The notes below the pieces were generated by a model. The model searched no databases. It had not been told where the DNA came from and was given only the letters and a program-made list of their open reading frames with translations. A DNA stretch of 64,000 nt from Eledone cirrhosa (taxonomy: Eukaryota). Shown piece by piece: positions 1 through 13,800 of this stretch (position 1 is its first letter; every line of letters starts with the position of its first letter). A program made the translations under genes and the position numbers. The stretch covers positions 1 to 64,000 of the forward strand of contig CAXHJY010000214.1 of assembly GCA_964016885.1 (NCBI GenBank). Direction: 5' to 3'.

Positions 1-543
1 ACAAAGGTTAGCTAAAGGAATCAATACGACGCTATATGCGTTCAAATTTTGTCTAGTCTTACGCACTAATAGAATTCAAGACTGCAAGTTAATACAATGT
101 CCGGCAGTTTTACATTGCAACCCTTCAGAAAGGTTGTCTACATATAATCAGGTGCATAGAGTTTTTAAGAACTAATTATTTCATCTATAGATACTGGGCA
201 GCAAATGTGGTAAAATACAACCTACCGAGAAGTCAGCTTATTCGTTATACTATTCGTTCATAAACCAGAGGATAGACTGATGATGATGATGGGATAATTG
301 AACCAATGAACGGGCGTAAAATAACATGATGCTAATATGTGCTGTAGATAGCTAATAGCTGACGATTTGAACACAGAATCGGAGACGCACTCATATACTA
401 AGCATATCTGACGACCTTTCGATTACAGAGTCAGGTTCGATCTATAATAGGTCTTGCCTCGAGCTGATCGATAGTGAAACATATGTAATATGTTATTAAA
501 TATGTTATGATGCAACACTGAATCCTTGTTCCTTATCCTTATA

Positions 544-583
<40 letters not shown>

Positions 584-695
584 TAAAATAACTTTAATCT
601 GTTATTTTAATAAATATTTGCTCTACGGTTCTTATATATCTGATATATATTTATCCTTATCGAGCCCTCTTTGGATTTTAGTCTTCAAATTTATT

Positions 696-763
<68 letters not shown>

Positions 764-2161
764 GGCTGCTTTAGGATAGAGATGACGATTTGTGATAAGG
801 TGCGAATCAAATTGCTTATATACAAAGCCTTTGTGAGTTAACAAATTATAGTCATGTTTGCTAGATGTTTCATCAATAGTAAATTAAAATCGATTGCTTC
901 CATTATTGTTGATTTGTTAGACTGAATGAAATATATAAAAAGATAACTCTACTCTCGAACCCAGTTAGAGTGGCTTAAGTATGTAAATAATCAGATGTAA
1001 AATGATATAAATGCGAGAAGGTTTAATAGAAAAGAATAATACTAAAAGCTTTTTAGACTAAATAGAAAGGCAAAATGAGTTCATGTAGAACAAAAGGCGA
1101 CTTTCTCCTCATCGTGGTGAGCATTTCTGTTAAAGTTACAGTGAAACCAGTGACGGAAATTTCTATAACGTTTAGATGCGACTGAAAATTAGTACTTACC
1201 CTCATAGATTATATTTAATTAAACAAGATGTTATATTAATAATGCTGATTATTCTAAATAGGTTTCTATTTTCAGCAACGCCTATTCTAAATACGTTACT
1301 ATTTTCAACAATGTCAAGAATTTTCGTTCGTCAATGTTCACTGTGCACTGAATGTAGCAAATATGAGATAAGTTCCTTTCTAGCAGAGTTCGCAACCTAT
1401 TTCGATTTATATGTGCCGTAGAGCAAATTATACATTTACTGTCATATTCATTGAACAGTTTATAGCAGGATATCTCGGCTATGAACAAAATGTACCACTA
1501 CTGATAGTGTATATATATATATATTTATATATATGAATTTTAAAAATGAGAACGGCGCCGTGTGGTTACTAATAAATTTTATTTAGAAAACGTGAGAGAA
1601 ACACAAACACAAGGACAAATCCCGCTCATCAGCTGTCTTCTGTAGATCACTGTTATGGTTATAAACGATGGCCACATACGCCTAGTTGTTTTGTTCGTGG
1701 TGTCACACTTTCTTAAATTTATGAAGAGTTGATAGTAAAAAATGAGTTATATAGAAGTTAACCACACTTTTTACTATTAACTCTTTACTTCAAAATACCC
1801 TTTCAGCCTATGAGCTCCATCTATAAACAACCCTAACCCTTCACCCTCTATTTCTGAGGCCCTTCTACTCCACCCCTACCCATTAACCATCCCTACCTCC
1901 CACAATTTTTCTTCTCCTGATCCCTTTCCTGTCTGGATAAACTAACCACTATCAGACCCCCACTTCCTCAATATCAAGACAATTGATCTTTTTTTTTTCA
2001 TACCCTACAAATATTACTAGACCCTCGGAGAGGCTTGCTGAACACAAGCCGAAACCGCTTGGCTCTGCGGTCGGGATTTTACATATCTCTAAACCCACTT
2101 TACATTTCCCCATGTATCGAGTACTCACATGATTAGTGGTCTCAGAACCACAGACATTATT

Positions 2162-2332
<171 letters not shown>

Positions 2333-2357
2333 GCGCGCATATATATATATATATATA

Positions 2358-3255
2358 CGAGGTGTGTCAGAAAAGTTCCAGGACTGATGTCACAAAAGAT
2401 TTATTTCAAACCCAAACTTCACACTAAGAGTTTTCTCCTCCAAAGTAATCCCCCTGGAGTCTAATGCACTTTTCCATCCTTTTCTGCCACGCTTGCATGC
2501 ACTCCTGGAAGGATTCTTCCGGGATCCTCCGCAGTTCCGTTGTCACGGCCTTTTGATGTCGTCCACGTCTTCAAAGCGGGTCCCCTCCGGGTCGTACTCG
2601 AAGATCCATGACACATCACCGGTGATGACTGTTCCTAGCAAGTCTGGAAAGGTTTCAAGACGCTCGAGGATGTCCTGGCATACTTGCATACGTCGACCCT
2701 TCTGGTCATCGTTCAGCAGTTTTGACACCATCTTCGCGCAGACTTTCCACATGTCCAAATCTTCAGTGAGGATCTACCAGACGCTGTCCCGGTTCATGCC
2801 CAGCTCATTTGCCATCAGTCAAACAGTCAGCCGACGATCGCTACGCACCATCTGCCTGACGCGCTCAACGTTGACCTCAGTCCTGGTTGTTGAGAGCCTT
2901 CCGCTCCTGGGGTCATCTTCCACGTCCTCGCTTCCTTCTTTAAACCCCTTGCACCACTCAAAAACACGTGAGCGTGACATCGTCTCATCTCCATACACTT
3001 GCTGCAGCGGAGTTTTCCCCAACCGTACCAGAAACTTCAAGTTTGTTCGTTGCTCTGTGTTCATTGCTTGACGACCTGAAACAGAGGACATGTATATAAA
3101 AGTATGAAGAAAAAAGTTTGATCGCTGCAGAGAGCTAAGATTACAGTTACATACTCCAGGGGGATTACTTTGAAGGAGAAAACTCTTAGTGTAAGGTTTG
3201 GGTTTGAAATAAATCTTTTGTGACATCAGTCCTGAAACTTTTCTGACACACCTCG
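2358..3255 (-). mobile_element. Non-autonomous mariner (Tc1/mariner) transposon, internally deleted, 103-bp TIRs
   Basis: TA flanks within (TA)n; TIRs at 2358-2460 and 3153-3255. Transposase remnants: HTH region (ORF 2819..3226), ITGDVSWIFEYDPE joined directly to GTRFEDVDDIK (rest of catalytic core missing), with in-frame stops. Confidence 0.95.
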
Positions 3256-3560
3256 TATATATATATGTGTGTGTGTGTGTATAAATATATATATATATAT
3301 ATATATAATTGGAAACAATTATTAGATTTCTCTTTGAGAACGATATACCACATATTTAATGAGGAAAACTCATGTAAATTATTCTCTTAAAGAAGTTATA
3401 GTATTTCTTGTATGACACAAAAATAAGAATAAAACTATGTAGCGTTTCTGCAGGCTGGTGGTCGATTTTTCTAAAAAAGTATCTCCTGTTTCTTCCTTAA
3501 TATATTTTCCATAATTCCTTCTGAAAGTTTTCAGGTAAATATTTCATTATTCATTTACAG

Positions 3561-3620
3561 ATGACCCAGAAGACGTTGATTCGGATGTTTATACATTTAA
3601 GCCACATTTACAAGAATCAG
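3561..3620 (+). CDS. CHRDL: Chordin-like protein, linker exon (DDPEDVDSDVYTFKPHLQES), phase 1-1
   Basis: tttacag|...|gtaatt splice sites; 60 nt; open in the frame that leads into the VWC exon. Upstream exons were not located. Confidence 0.7.
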
Positions 3621-4060
3621 GTAATTTTATGATATGATTTTTCAATGGCATTTCGTTTTACATACATGATTTTAAGACAAACTAGTTTGTTCGTATAAGT
3701 ATATTTATTTCCAAACGTGATTTGTGTAAGAATACATATCACTTTCTAGTCAACACAAAGTAATTTCTTGTTGTTTTCTCTAGAGTGGATTTGGGGAAAA
3801 GGAAATATGTCTTATGATATTCATGCCTTTCTTAATACTAAGGGGCATGCCCCCTGCCCAATAGTTATATATATTCTCCCCAATCTACCAAAACACACAT
3901 CTATTTGTATATGCACTACAATTTATGTCCATGAATGCCAATTCAAAAGATCAATATTTTGGTAAATGCCTAATGTCAGAAATATGATATCCTATAGGGT
4001 CAAAAATAAAAAACCAAATTCAGTGATGCCAATGATTTACTTATCTTTATCTCTTTTCAG

Positions 4061-4129
4061 ATGACAAGAAGAATAATAGGAACAAGACATCAGTTTCTCA
4101 ACATTATTTGTTCAATTCTTCTGAATCTG
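4061..4129 (+). CDS. CHRDL: Chordin-like protein, linker exon (DDKKNNRNKTSVSQHYLFNSSES), phase 1-1
   Basis: ctcttttcag|...|gtaagg; 69 nt; open in the phase-1 frame matching the next exon. Confidence 0.72.
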
Positions 4130-5078
4130 GTAAGGGCTTTAAATAGAGTGTAAAGAAAATCTAAAATACATGCAAAATATACAATACTAGTATCATTTGT
4201 AACTTATATTGCGTCTATGTAAGAATCTAATTTATAAAAGAGTGTCGGTATTTCAATTGACTATTGTCCATCTTTAATCAAGAAGATAGACCTATGACAT
4301 GTAACTATTCGGTTGAATGACTAGGGACTATCCACAGATCCCTAAATCCAAGCGTACTATACATCCACCCAATGAAGGATCATACAGTGCCCTCAAATAT
4401 CTACTGGTTTATAATAAAGATTATTTTGTATTAGTCCAATCATGACTTTTCCTCACTGCTTTTGTATGCCAGTAAGTTGTAATGGTTACATGAATGAAAA
4501 AGGATTTGTTTGTTGTGAACTTTTACTGCTTCTCTGCATTTATTATGGGTGTTATAATCCCAGTGTGTGATAGTTGAGGACAATAGGTTATTTATAGTGC
4601 AATTTTCGTTAGGAAATTGTTTTAAGATTGAGCTGAACTGAGTGCAAGGGTTTCAGGATGGTAATAACATGTTGAGGCGTGCATATGTTGTGGCAGGTAT
4701 TATGACAGTTGAAATTTACTGTAACAATTATATGTGCTGCTGGCAATTCCAGGCTATCCCTCATTTTTACTATGTTTGTTTCATTGCGTAGGAGGTATGT
4801 TGGCCTAATGTGTGCCCAACCTGTGATATTGTGAATTACATTTTTTTTTTTTGTTGTTTTGGTAGTTATGAATTGTTGCAGAGATATTTGGTTTTCAAAT
4901 AGAACTGATATAATCCATGATAGATATAAATATACGGCAATTCTAAACTTATAATTAAGCTGTCAATTCTAAACCAATTAAACTAGTATAATTATTTCAA
5001 AGAACTCATTTAAGAAAAGTCCTTGAACCGAAAAACAAATTAATATAACAAATATGTGTGTTATTATTATTTTACAAA

Positions 5079-5290
5079 TCAGATTGGCAGTATCAGTAGA
5101 GCGTTAAATGCCATGTTTTGCATCATAGAGTTACGTCCCTTTACGATCTAAGTTCAAATCCCGCCGAGGTTAGCTTTGCATTTCATCCTTGCGGGTTCGA
5201 TAAAATAAAGTACCAGTAATGTACTGGGGTCAATTTCTTTGACTTTCCTATCCCCAAAAATTGTTGACCTTGTGCCTAAATCAGAAACTA
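5079..5290 (+). mobile_element. SINE family A (Meta/LF-SINE-like central domain), with 15-bp TSD
   Basis: GTTCAAATC B-box-like motif; TTTCATCCTT..GGGT.CGATAAAATAAAGTACCAG core; TSD TTATTATTTTACAAA at 5064-5078 and 5291-5305. The superfamily name is from recall. Confidence 0.85.
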
Positions 5291-5895
5291 TTATTATTTT
5301 ACAAAACAGTGGCATACTAACATATATTATGGTATTTAGGTTTTTTTTTTATTTGGCGTTCAAATTAAGCTGGACTCAACTTTGCCTTTCATTTACCAAT
5401 GTCCATAAAATTATTATCAGGCATTCAATTCATATCTCTAACCTAAAAATATGGGCCTTCTGATTCAGTTTCATTTGAGGCAGTTTTAATATCAAGTCAT
5501 TTATTCAAAAGATACAGCATAATCGATTGAATCTTTGTCACCTAGTAAATAAATGTTTCTTATTCTAATTACCCTAGAAGAATGAAATGCAAAGTCAATC
5601 CCAATGGAAATTGAATGAGATTGTAGGGACTAGATGCTCCAAGGTTCTACTGTTTCTGCAAACTCTATTCTAACATTTAAAATATATTGTTGATTCCTAA
5701 CATTGAAATAAAGTATTGAAAATCTATATTTACATTGCAAAACAAAATCTTGAGCAATTTAAACCTCAGCTCATTAACAGTCATTACAGATATAAACATT
5801 ATATTTGTTTATATTATTTATATATTCATTTTCATTACTTATATTTATAAAATATAAGTAATCAACATAATTTTTGTTTGTATTTATTTGTTTAG

Positions 5896-5999
5896 ATCAC
5901 ATGAATAGTTGCATGGGTGGAGCACGCAAAAATGGTAGCACCTGGCACCCTGTTCTTAATCCATTTGGACCACATCTTTGTGTTCTTTGTTCTTGTATA
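5896..5999 (+). CDS. CHRDL: Chordin-like protein, first half of VWC/CR domain (DHMNSCMGGARKNGSTWHPVLNPFGPHLCVLCSCI)
   Basis: tttag|...|gtaagt. The WHP-x3-PFG-x3-CxxCxC motif is characteristic of chordin-family CR repeats and resembles CHRDL CR3. Confidence 0.93.
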
Positions 6000-7968
6000 G
6001 TAAGTAATTTTCACTTTATATCATATATGTATTTTAGTATACTTTCACTTTAAATATATTAAAATAAATTCAATATTTAACAACTTTTCAACATGCAATT
6101 CTTTCTCATACAGTTGTAATGTGTTCCCATAACAGTGTCCTATTTGACTCATTACAGAAGCAAAGCTTTTGTTGCTGGACTCATTATTATTTCATTTTTA
6201 CATTTATCTACTATCTGTGATCCAATAAAGAAATGTTTTTGATTCAAGAAAAGGAAATAGAAGCTGAGTTGATAATTAAGAGAAATCAATTAAAAGGTGT
6301 TATTTATCCAAGATTAACCTCTCAAACCAGGGAGAAGAAACTTCTCAAGTTAATCCAATGGCAATGCCCCTCAGCCTAACAAAGAACTGTTCAAACTAAT
6401 GAGAACTTCTCAAGTTTGCAATAGAAATTTAAATTCTCAAGCAAATGAGGAAAAAAACTGGAGCTGGTGGAATCACTTATAGATAGTTCCTAAAATAGCT
6501 GCTCTGTCTCCGATACTTTGTCAGGTGAGGATAGATGCTACTAATGAACTTCTCATGGCCTCACAGATTAGTAAGGAAAAGAAAAAACATTATTCTAACA
6601 CAAAAAGCTGAACACAAATGCTTACAAAAGAATGGACACCAATAAAGGCAGTCGATGACCAAGTGGTGATGATAAACTGGGCAATGGATTAAGTATGCCA
6701 CCCAAAACATAAGCAATCACACTGCCATGCTTTTGCTTTTTAGTTTAACAAATTTTACTTGCAGGGCTTTGGTCAACTGAAATCTATGGTAGAAGGCAAT
6801 TGGCTAAAATGACACATGGTGAGATCAGACCTTAAAGCCACTTAGTTGCGGAGCAAACTTCTTAACCACACAGCTGTACATGCATCTACTTAACTATGTA
6901 TTGATTCACCTAAATTACTGGTGTCCTTGGCCTTAAGACAACCTCCCTACTTACCACCATCAGCACAGAGTTGGCTACTCATAGGTGTGAGCCTCGCAAG
7001 CTGAAATGGCTCTTCCATCATGTCTCCCTCACTGTCCTCTGAGGAAATGCCTCCTCTATTCTGTCTGCAGAGCCATGGGGTGGCCAGTGCGTGAGGCCCC
7101 ATTTGCTCTTGATAGTGAGAGATAGGGAGAGTGGGAAAGACGGAGGTGGTGACAGTGGGTGTTTGCTTCCTTTATGTTCAGATCTGGTTTATCTGTATAT
7201 ATTTATTTATTACATGCTTCAATCATAAATTTTATGGTTAAGATGTTACTGCTACTACTCTTATACCATTAGGTTTATGTACAAATCTCTGGCTCACTAC
7301 CAAATTAATATTTAATTAGGACACAGAAGCTGTTCTGATTTATGATATACAGCATGAAAAATATCAGGTACATCCCATGCAATATTGCCATCAATGGGCC
7401 AAGCACATTACAGCCAATTCTCCCTAAAAGTACACCCTAAATTCTTTTTTAAAAAAAGTAAGACATATTAAATAGTATAGTCCTAAATATATAATGTTTG
7501 AAAAAACAATTAGATGGATATGACTGGAATGTCTTTGATCAAAGATCTGCTTGATCAAGTCAAGTGTAAGACTAAAATATGAACATCAGTATTTTAAAGT
7601 TTATCAATGACCCCCACCCCTATCCTATTAACCACTAATAGACTAACTACTGTGTTCATAACAGTCATCTTGATCATTTCATCAGTCTAAAAGCTGTCAT
7701 CACCACCAACATTGTTATTATCATGAGGATTTTCATTATCATACATTCAACAGTTTCATATGAATTTCTTTTGCACAACCAAGTGCACCTCAATATTCCT
7801 AAGGTGCATGCATCATTGTTTTCTTTTGGTGGAGGGATAAGAATGTATTTGTGTGTTGTATCAACTTGGTTTTAGCTGTAGGATTTGTTTAGCATCATTG
7901 TTATTGTCTATGTTTACTCCATCTCATAAGTTTACTAAATAAATGTATCGCTTTTTTTTTTCTTTAAG

Positions 7969-8077
7969 AATGGACAGACTCAATGCAGTAAGATTGATTG
8001 TCCGAGAGTTTCATGTTCAAGACCCAGGAAGGTTGATGGTAAATGTTGCCCTGTCTGTAAAAAGAGAAAATGCAAAG
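7969..8077 (+). CDS. CHRDL: Chordin-like protein, second half of VWC/CR domain (NGQTQCSKIDCPRVSCSRPRKVDGKCCPVCKKRKCK)
   Basis: tctttaag|...|gttagc; C-x4-CP-x3-C...CCxxC completes the VWC cysteine pattern; phase 0-1 is consistent. Confidence 0.93.
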
Positions 8078-8133
8078 GTTAGCTTTAATTATTTCACATA
8101 TAGGTTTAAATAATTGTTCTTAGTTTCCAATTC

Positions 8134-9155
8134 TGTCTTCTATGAACGTTTATCAACACCCCAAAATATATGTTCATGAAAGTCTTATCTGTTCAGATTC
8201 ATAATTTAGCCCTGCCATTAAGAAGGGGGTTAATTGGAGGTGGTATTTGTTCCAGATCTCTACACTCTCACAAATCCTGCCAAAATTAACTTAGCCATTC
8301 ATCCATTCCGGGGTCAGTAAAATTAAATACCACTTCATGGTAATAGATTGCAGGAATTGTTAGAATTCAGATGAAATGCCCAGTATGTGTATGTACATAT
8401 ATATTTGGGTGTATGTGAGTGTGTATATATATATATATATGTGTGTATGTGTGTGTGTGTGTGTAAATTTAACTATATATATATATATATTTATCATCGT
8501 CTCAGTGATTTGAGGTCAACTCTCACCACCTCTGCCCAGGTCTTTCTTGGTCTACTTCTACCACGGTTTCCTTCCACTGGGATTTCCTGGCACTTCTTCA
8601 CCCAATGATCATTGTCCATCCCAACACTGTCTTCTCTCCTGTACACAACCTCAGATACCTAATAAACCCAGCTTCTCCCCAACTCATCCAAGCTCTGCCT
8701 TTCTCTCACACATCCAACAAACATGGCTGCTTCATTTCTCTCCAGTGTACACATGTCCTCTGCAGTCACAGCCCATGTCCCACTACCATGCAGTATCACA
8801 CTTCACATAAAGACATCATACAGCCATCCTGTTGTATGTAGTGAGAAACCTTTTGTGGTCGACAGTGGGAGTAGCTCTCTGAATTTTTCCATCCTGTCCT
8901 TATTCTAGCTATTATGCTCTCAGAGGACCCTCCCCAATACTAATTACGTCACCTGCATAGCTTGTTCTGCCTTATTTTCATGTCACTAATAAATAACTTG
9001 TGTTGAGTGGCACGTTCTTCTCCAGGGAAGGCCTTAGTATTTATTACAGCCCATTTGTCTTGTATGAACGCTTATCAACACCCCAAAATATATGTTCATG
9101 AAAGTCTTATCTGTTCAGATTCATAATTTAGCCCTGCCATTAAGAAGGGGGTTAA
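8134..9155 (+). repeat. 100-bp direct duplication (8134-8233 and 9056-9155)
   Basis: The two copies differ at about 2 positions and both end AGAAGGGGGTTAA. Confidence 0.9.
8490..8960 (-). mobile_element. Degraded RTE fragment in a chordin-like intron
   Basis: Reverse strand reads like GRPRKTW / NEAxM / MVVGHG remnants; adjoins (TA)n. Confidence 0.65.
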
Positions 9156-9736
9156 CAAGTAAATAGTCAATTTGGCTTTTGTGTTCACCTGATTGATATG
9201 AGATCAGGTGGTTGGCTGGTTTTCTGAAATGTGTGCTGCAAATGGTTAGTTTATTTGTGCATAGAATTCCAGGAGCCTCAATCCCTCTTCATTTCTTGAG
9301 CCATAACCATAGCCACTGTGAACTTCACTGAATCCGTCCTGGTACTGCTGTACATGTCCATTGATACTGCCTGCCAGGATGATAAGGTCACCTTTATTGG
9401 TACCTGAAGTCATCTGTCAAAGGTCTTCATCGAACCAGTCTACATGGTAAAGTCATCATTTTGGTGCCTCAATAAAAGGCACCCAGTCCACACTGTAAAT
9501 GTGGTTGGCATTAGGAAGGGCACCCAGCTGCAGAAACCAACCCAGAAACGGTTCTGGGTGAGCAAGACACAGTCATCTGATCTGACTTGTCTCACAAGAC
9601 AACTCATCTAACCCATGCTACCATGAAAAATGGACATTAAATAGTGATGATGAACATGTTATATATGTGTGTGTGTGTTGAATATCTCTCTGTAGAATTT
9701 TACCAATAGTAAAATTTAATCTTTTTGCTCTCACAG

Positions 9737-9967
9737 GTAGAAAATGCCGAAAAAGAAATAGAATTAATACAACTCCTTCAACAGCATTATTGCATAGACC
9801 TGGTTCTACGACAACAGACCCAACCCAGATTTTCCACAATCTATGTATGCCCAAAGGTACAGATCGTCTAGTTTATATGTCAAATGGAACTGATTTTCTC
9901 AAGCTTGCTTTCCACCATATTAAAAAATCAAAAGTAGATGTACTACAATGGAATATAACTAAAAAAG
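9737..9967 (+). CDS. CHRDL: Chordin-like protein, start of C-terminal domain (GRKCRKRNR...KLAFHHIKKSKVDVLQWNITKK)
   Basis: tcacag|...|gtaagt; 231 nt, phase 1-1; overlaps ORF 9790..9975. KVDVLQWNITKKG resembles the recalled vertebrate CHRDL1 C-terminal QVEVHVWTIRKG. Confidence 0.88.
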
Positions 9968-11852
9968 GTAAGTGAAATTATAAATATATCTCTCTGTCCT
10001 TGTTTGTTCATTTACTGAGACTAAATCACTCTTTATAAGGATATTTCTATTATCATAAATCTTTTATAAACTACTGAAAACCTACTCTTCTATGACTTTA
10101 ATCAGTAGGCTCTCAGCATCAAGAAATTTGTTTAAACCAGTAAAGGTTTTAACCATATCTGTTATGCCAATTTCCATCCATCTATATGCTCCATCTATTC
10201 GGTTTTTATCCATTTTTTATCTCTTTGATCAGTGTCTTCCTGTCAGAACACTCCATTGCTGTGTAGATTTAGTCCCCTACTGTCTTATTCCTAGATATAA
10301 ACAACCTCCAGCAATGCCCACACTTAAAAATGATACCAGCCTTCACTCTAATTAAACCTTCTGTACATAAGCATTTCACATATACAGCCTCTATTCCTCA
10401 AACCAAAGCTGCATTGACACTATGATCAGAAATCTGAGAACATCATTCAATGTGTCATGACAATTTTTTTGCCTTCAACATCACAAAAACATGTGTTACA
10501 CATATCAAGAAAACTCCATCATATACTGCCTTCCTTAAACATGAATAAGATGCAGCTTGCACTCCCAAGAATGCATCAAATACTAGACTTCACTATCATT
10601 AAAAAACTTTCCTAGTGAACATACATCCTCAGCATATCCCAAACTATTTCTCAAAGATTGACCACCTACTTCAAAGCCAGAAAATTCTTCTGTTCCCAAC
10701 CACTACTAACCTGCTGCAATACTCAGATGAGATCCACAATGAAATACTGGTCCCACAACTGTGATAGTACTACTATTATGCACACACACAGGTGATCTAG
10801 ACCAATACAAAGATTTGCACACAGTCATTCACTAAGTACTTCAACCTCTGACTCCCAGGGATGCTGCATGCTCTCTTTACCTTTTCTACCACTAATACAA
10901 TGACCCCTCTACTAAGCACTCTTGACTCATCTCTCTTTCTCTTCTCACCTATATTTGTGCATTCCCACACCCAGCAGTTGCCAACTTGCAGTTGTTGAAG
11001 AGGAACATTAACTACGTTGATTTCATTGGCATCAACTGGCCTACGAAAGCCATGTTGTAATCTTCTACCAGGTCAAACCAATAAAAAATATATATAAATA
11101 ACAAATATAAACTAAAAACTTATGATGTTGTTTATAACAGAATTTAAGGTTTCATCCTTGTGTTATGGTTTAGCCATTTTGATACCAAACTGCCTGAAAC
11201 TGCCCATGGTTCTATAATACAATGCTATTTATTTTAAGATGTTTATATTTATAAAAAAAACCTTCCATCATAATTTCATGAGAAAACCTTTGTTATGTCA
11301 CAAACACCATCTTGATTTTAATTTCATTACAAACCATTAATGAAACAATTCAGTAACTTTATATTGACCCTTCCTTCTGTTTAATTCAGTGAACTATAAC
11401 TTAGTATAGTGCCACATGAAATGTAGTTGGTAAGATACATTGGGAATTTTGTGAATTTCTGATGTGAGGTTAGTGAGGGAGCTTCTACATAGCTACTTTG
11501 TACACTCAACATAACTCTGAACTACTGAATAAATAGAGTGACCAATGCTGGAATTGCCAATCAAATAATTTATTCAGTCAGCTAGCTATCACTTAAAACT
11601 TATTAAGAATAGTTCATCATTGTTACCCAACAAAAGTGGCAATAATACAATGTAGTACCAGTGTGAACACATAAACTGTTAAACTATCACCTCATAAACT
11701 GGTCTTCTCTTGATCCGGCAAATTATTATCTACTGTATACTCCATTTTTGTTGGTTATTTGTTTCTGTCAATGTAGAGTCTAATATGAAAATGTAGATTT
11801 GCTTCTTACTGAGGAGTTTTAATGCCTTTCTAATGTTTGTTTTCCATTTTAG

Positions 11853-11945
11853 GTCGACTTTCCCATTTCAAAAAAGAAACAATGAATGCAGAAGATTTTC
11901 GTTCAAGAACAAAATCTACAAATATTTTAGGTGCTACAAATAAAA
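11853..11945 (+). CDS. CHRDL: Chordin-like protein, C-terminal domain exon (GRLSHFKKETMNAEDFRSRTKSTNILGATNK)
   Basis: ccattttag|...|gtaagt; 93 nt, phase 1-1. LSHF resembles the recalled CHRDL1 LQHF. Confidence 0.85.
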
Positions 11946-12422
11946 GTAAGTCATTGTAATTATATCTGATCTGTTTATACCATATTGATTATTAAAGTTA
12001 GCACATATGCAACCTATACACTTCTTATGTCCTGTGCAAAACATGAAATAGATATTGCCTCTTTATTCCTGAGTTACACAAAAGAATTCTATCTAAAATT
12101 AGTTACTTATGACATAATCATCACAGGTAAATCTGTAGATAATAAATGCAGACCAAAACAGCTATAGTAAAATATCTAAGCCCAACTCAATTTTAACTTT
12201 GCTCTTTTCCCCTCTTTTCTCACTCTACTGATCCCTGAGACAGATGACAGCCAATGCCTGACTGTAGCAGCTACTGGTCTTGACACACCAAAATAAAATT
12301 CCTTTAAATGATATTAGTATCAAAGTAATTAACTATATAACATACTTCTTGTAAACATTTTTTTATATTATATTTATCATACGATTATTTTCAAGTTTTT
12401 TCTCCAATTTATCTATTCACAG

Positions 12423-12565
12423 AACGCTATGTAAATCGATTTTCAAGGAAACTTAAAAAGCAAATCAATCGATGCAAGAAAACCTGCCGGCAAAAGCGTG
12501 TACTGCGGTTAATCAAACAGCTGAAACTGAAGAAAGTACGTTTCACAGAAAACTGCAAAAATTGA
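12423..12565 (+). CDS. CHRDL: Chordin-like protein, terminal coding exon (KRYVNRFSRKLKKQINRCKKTCRQKRVLRLIKQLKLKKVRFTENCKN*)
   Basis: ctattcacag acceptor; phase 1; TGA at 12563-12565. CxxxC plus a near-terminal Cys, as in CHRDL C-termini. Confidence 0.85.
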
Positions 12566-12689
12566 CAGCTTCTCACATAGAATATGTTAACATCAACCAA
12601 GAATTATTGCAGTCAAACTTTGTCTCATAGCCTGTATGCTTCAGTGAATGTGTTGAAAATGCATGTATTAGAGTGAATTTTCTGTTTCC

Positions 12690-13800
<1,111 letters not shown>

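Noticed and set aside
57-151. Possible upstream chordin-like exon (LRTNRIQDCKLIQCPAVLHCNPSERLSTYNQ) with C-x4-CP-x4-C spacing
   Set aside because: Lacks the CCxxC end of a VWC domain, the donor is weak and its phase does not join exon 3561; unsupported.
1176-1421. 81-aa ORF containing CSLCTEC
   Set aside because: Cys spacing does not fit VWC, there is no suitable donor before the stop, and there is no recognisable homology.
2493-3071. 192-aa plus-strand ORF
   Set aside because: Antisense shadow of the mariner transposase; likewise the plus-strand ORFs at 48547-51062 shadow the RTE.
3454-3534. Exon-like segment ctgcag|...|gtaaat just before exon 3561
   Set aside because: Would leave a 26-nt intron and has an in-frame TGA in the required phase.
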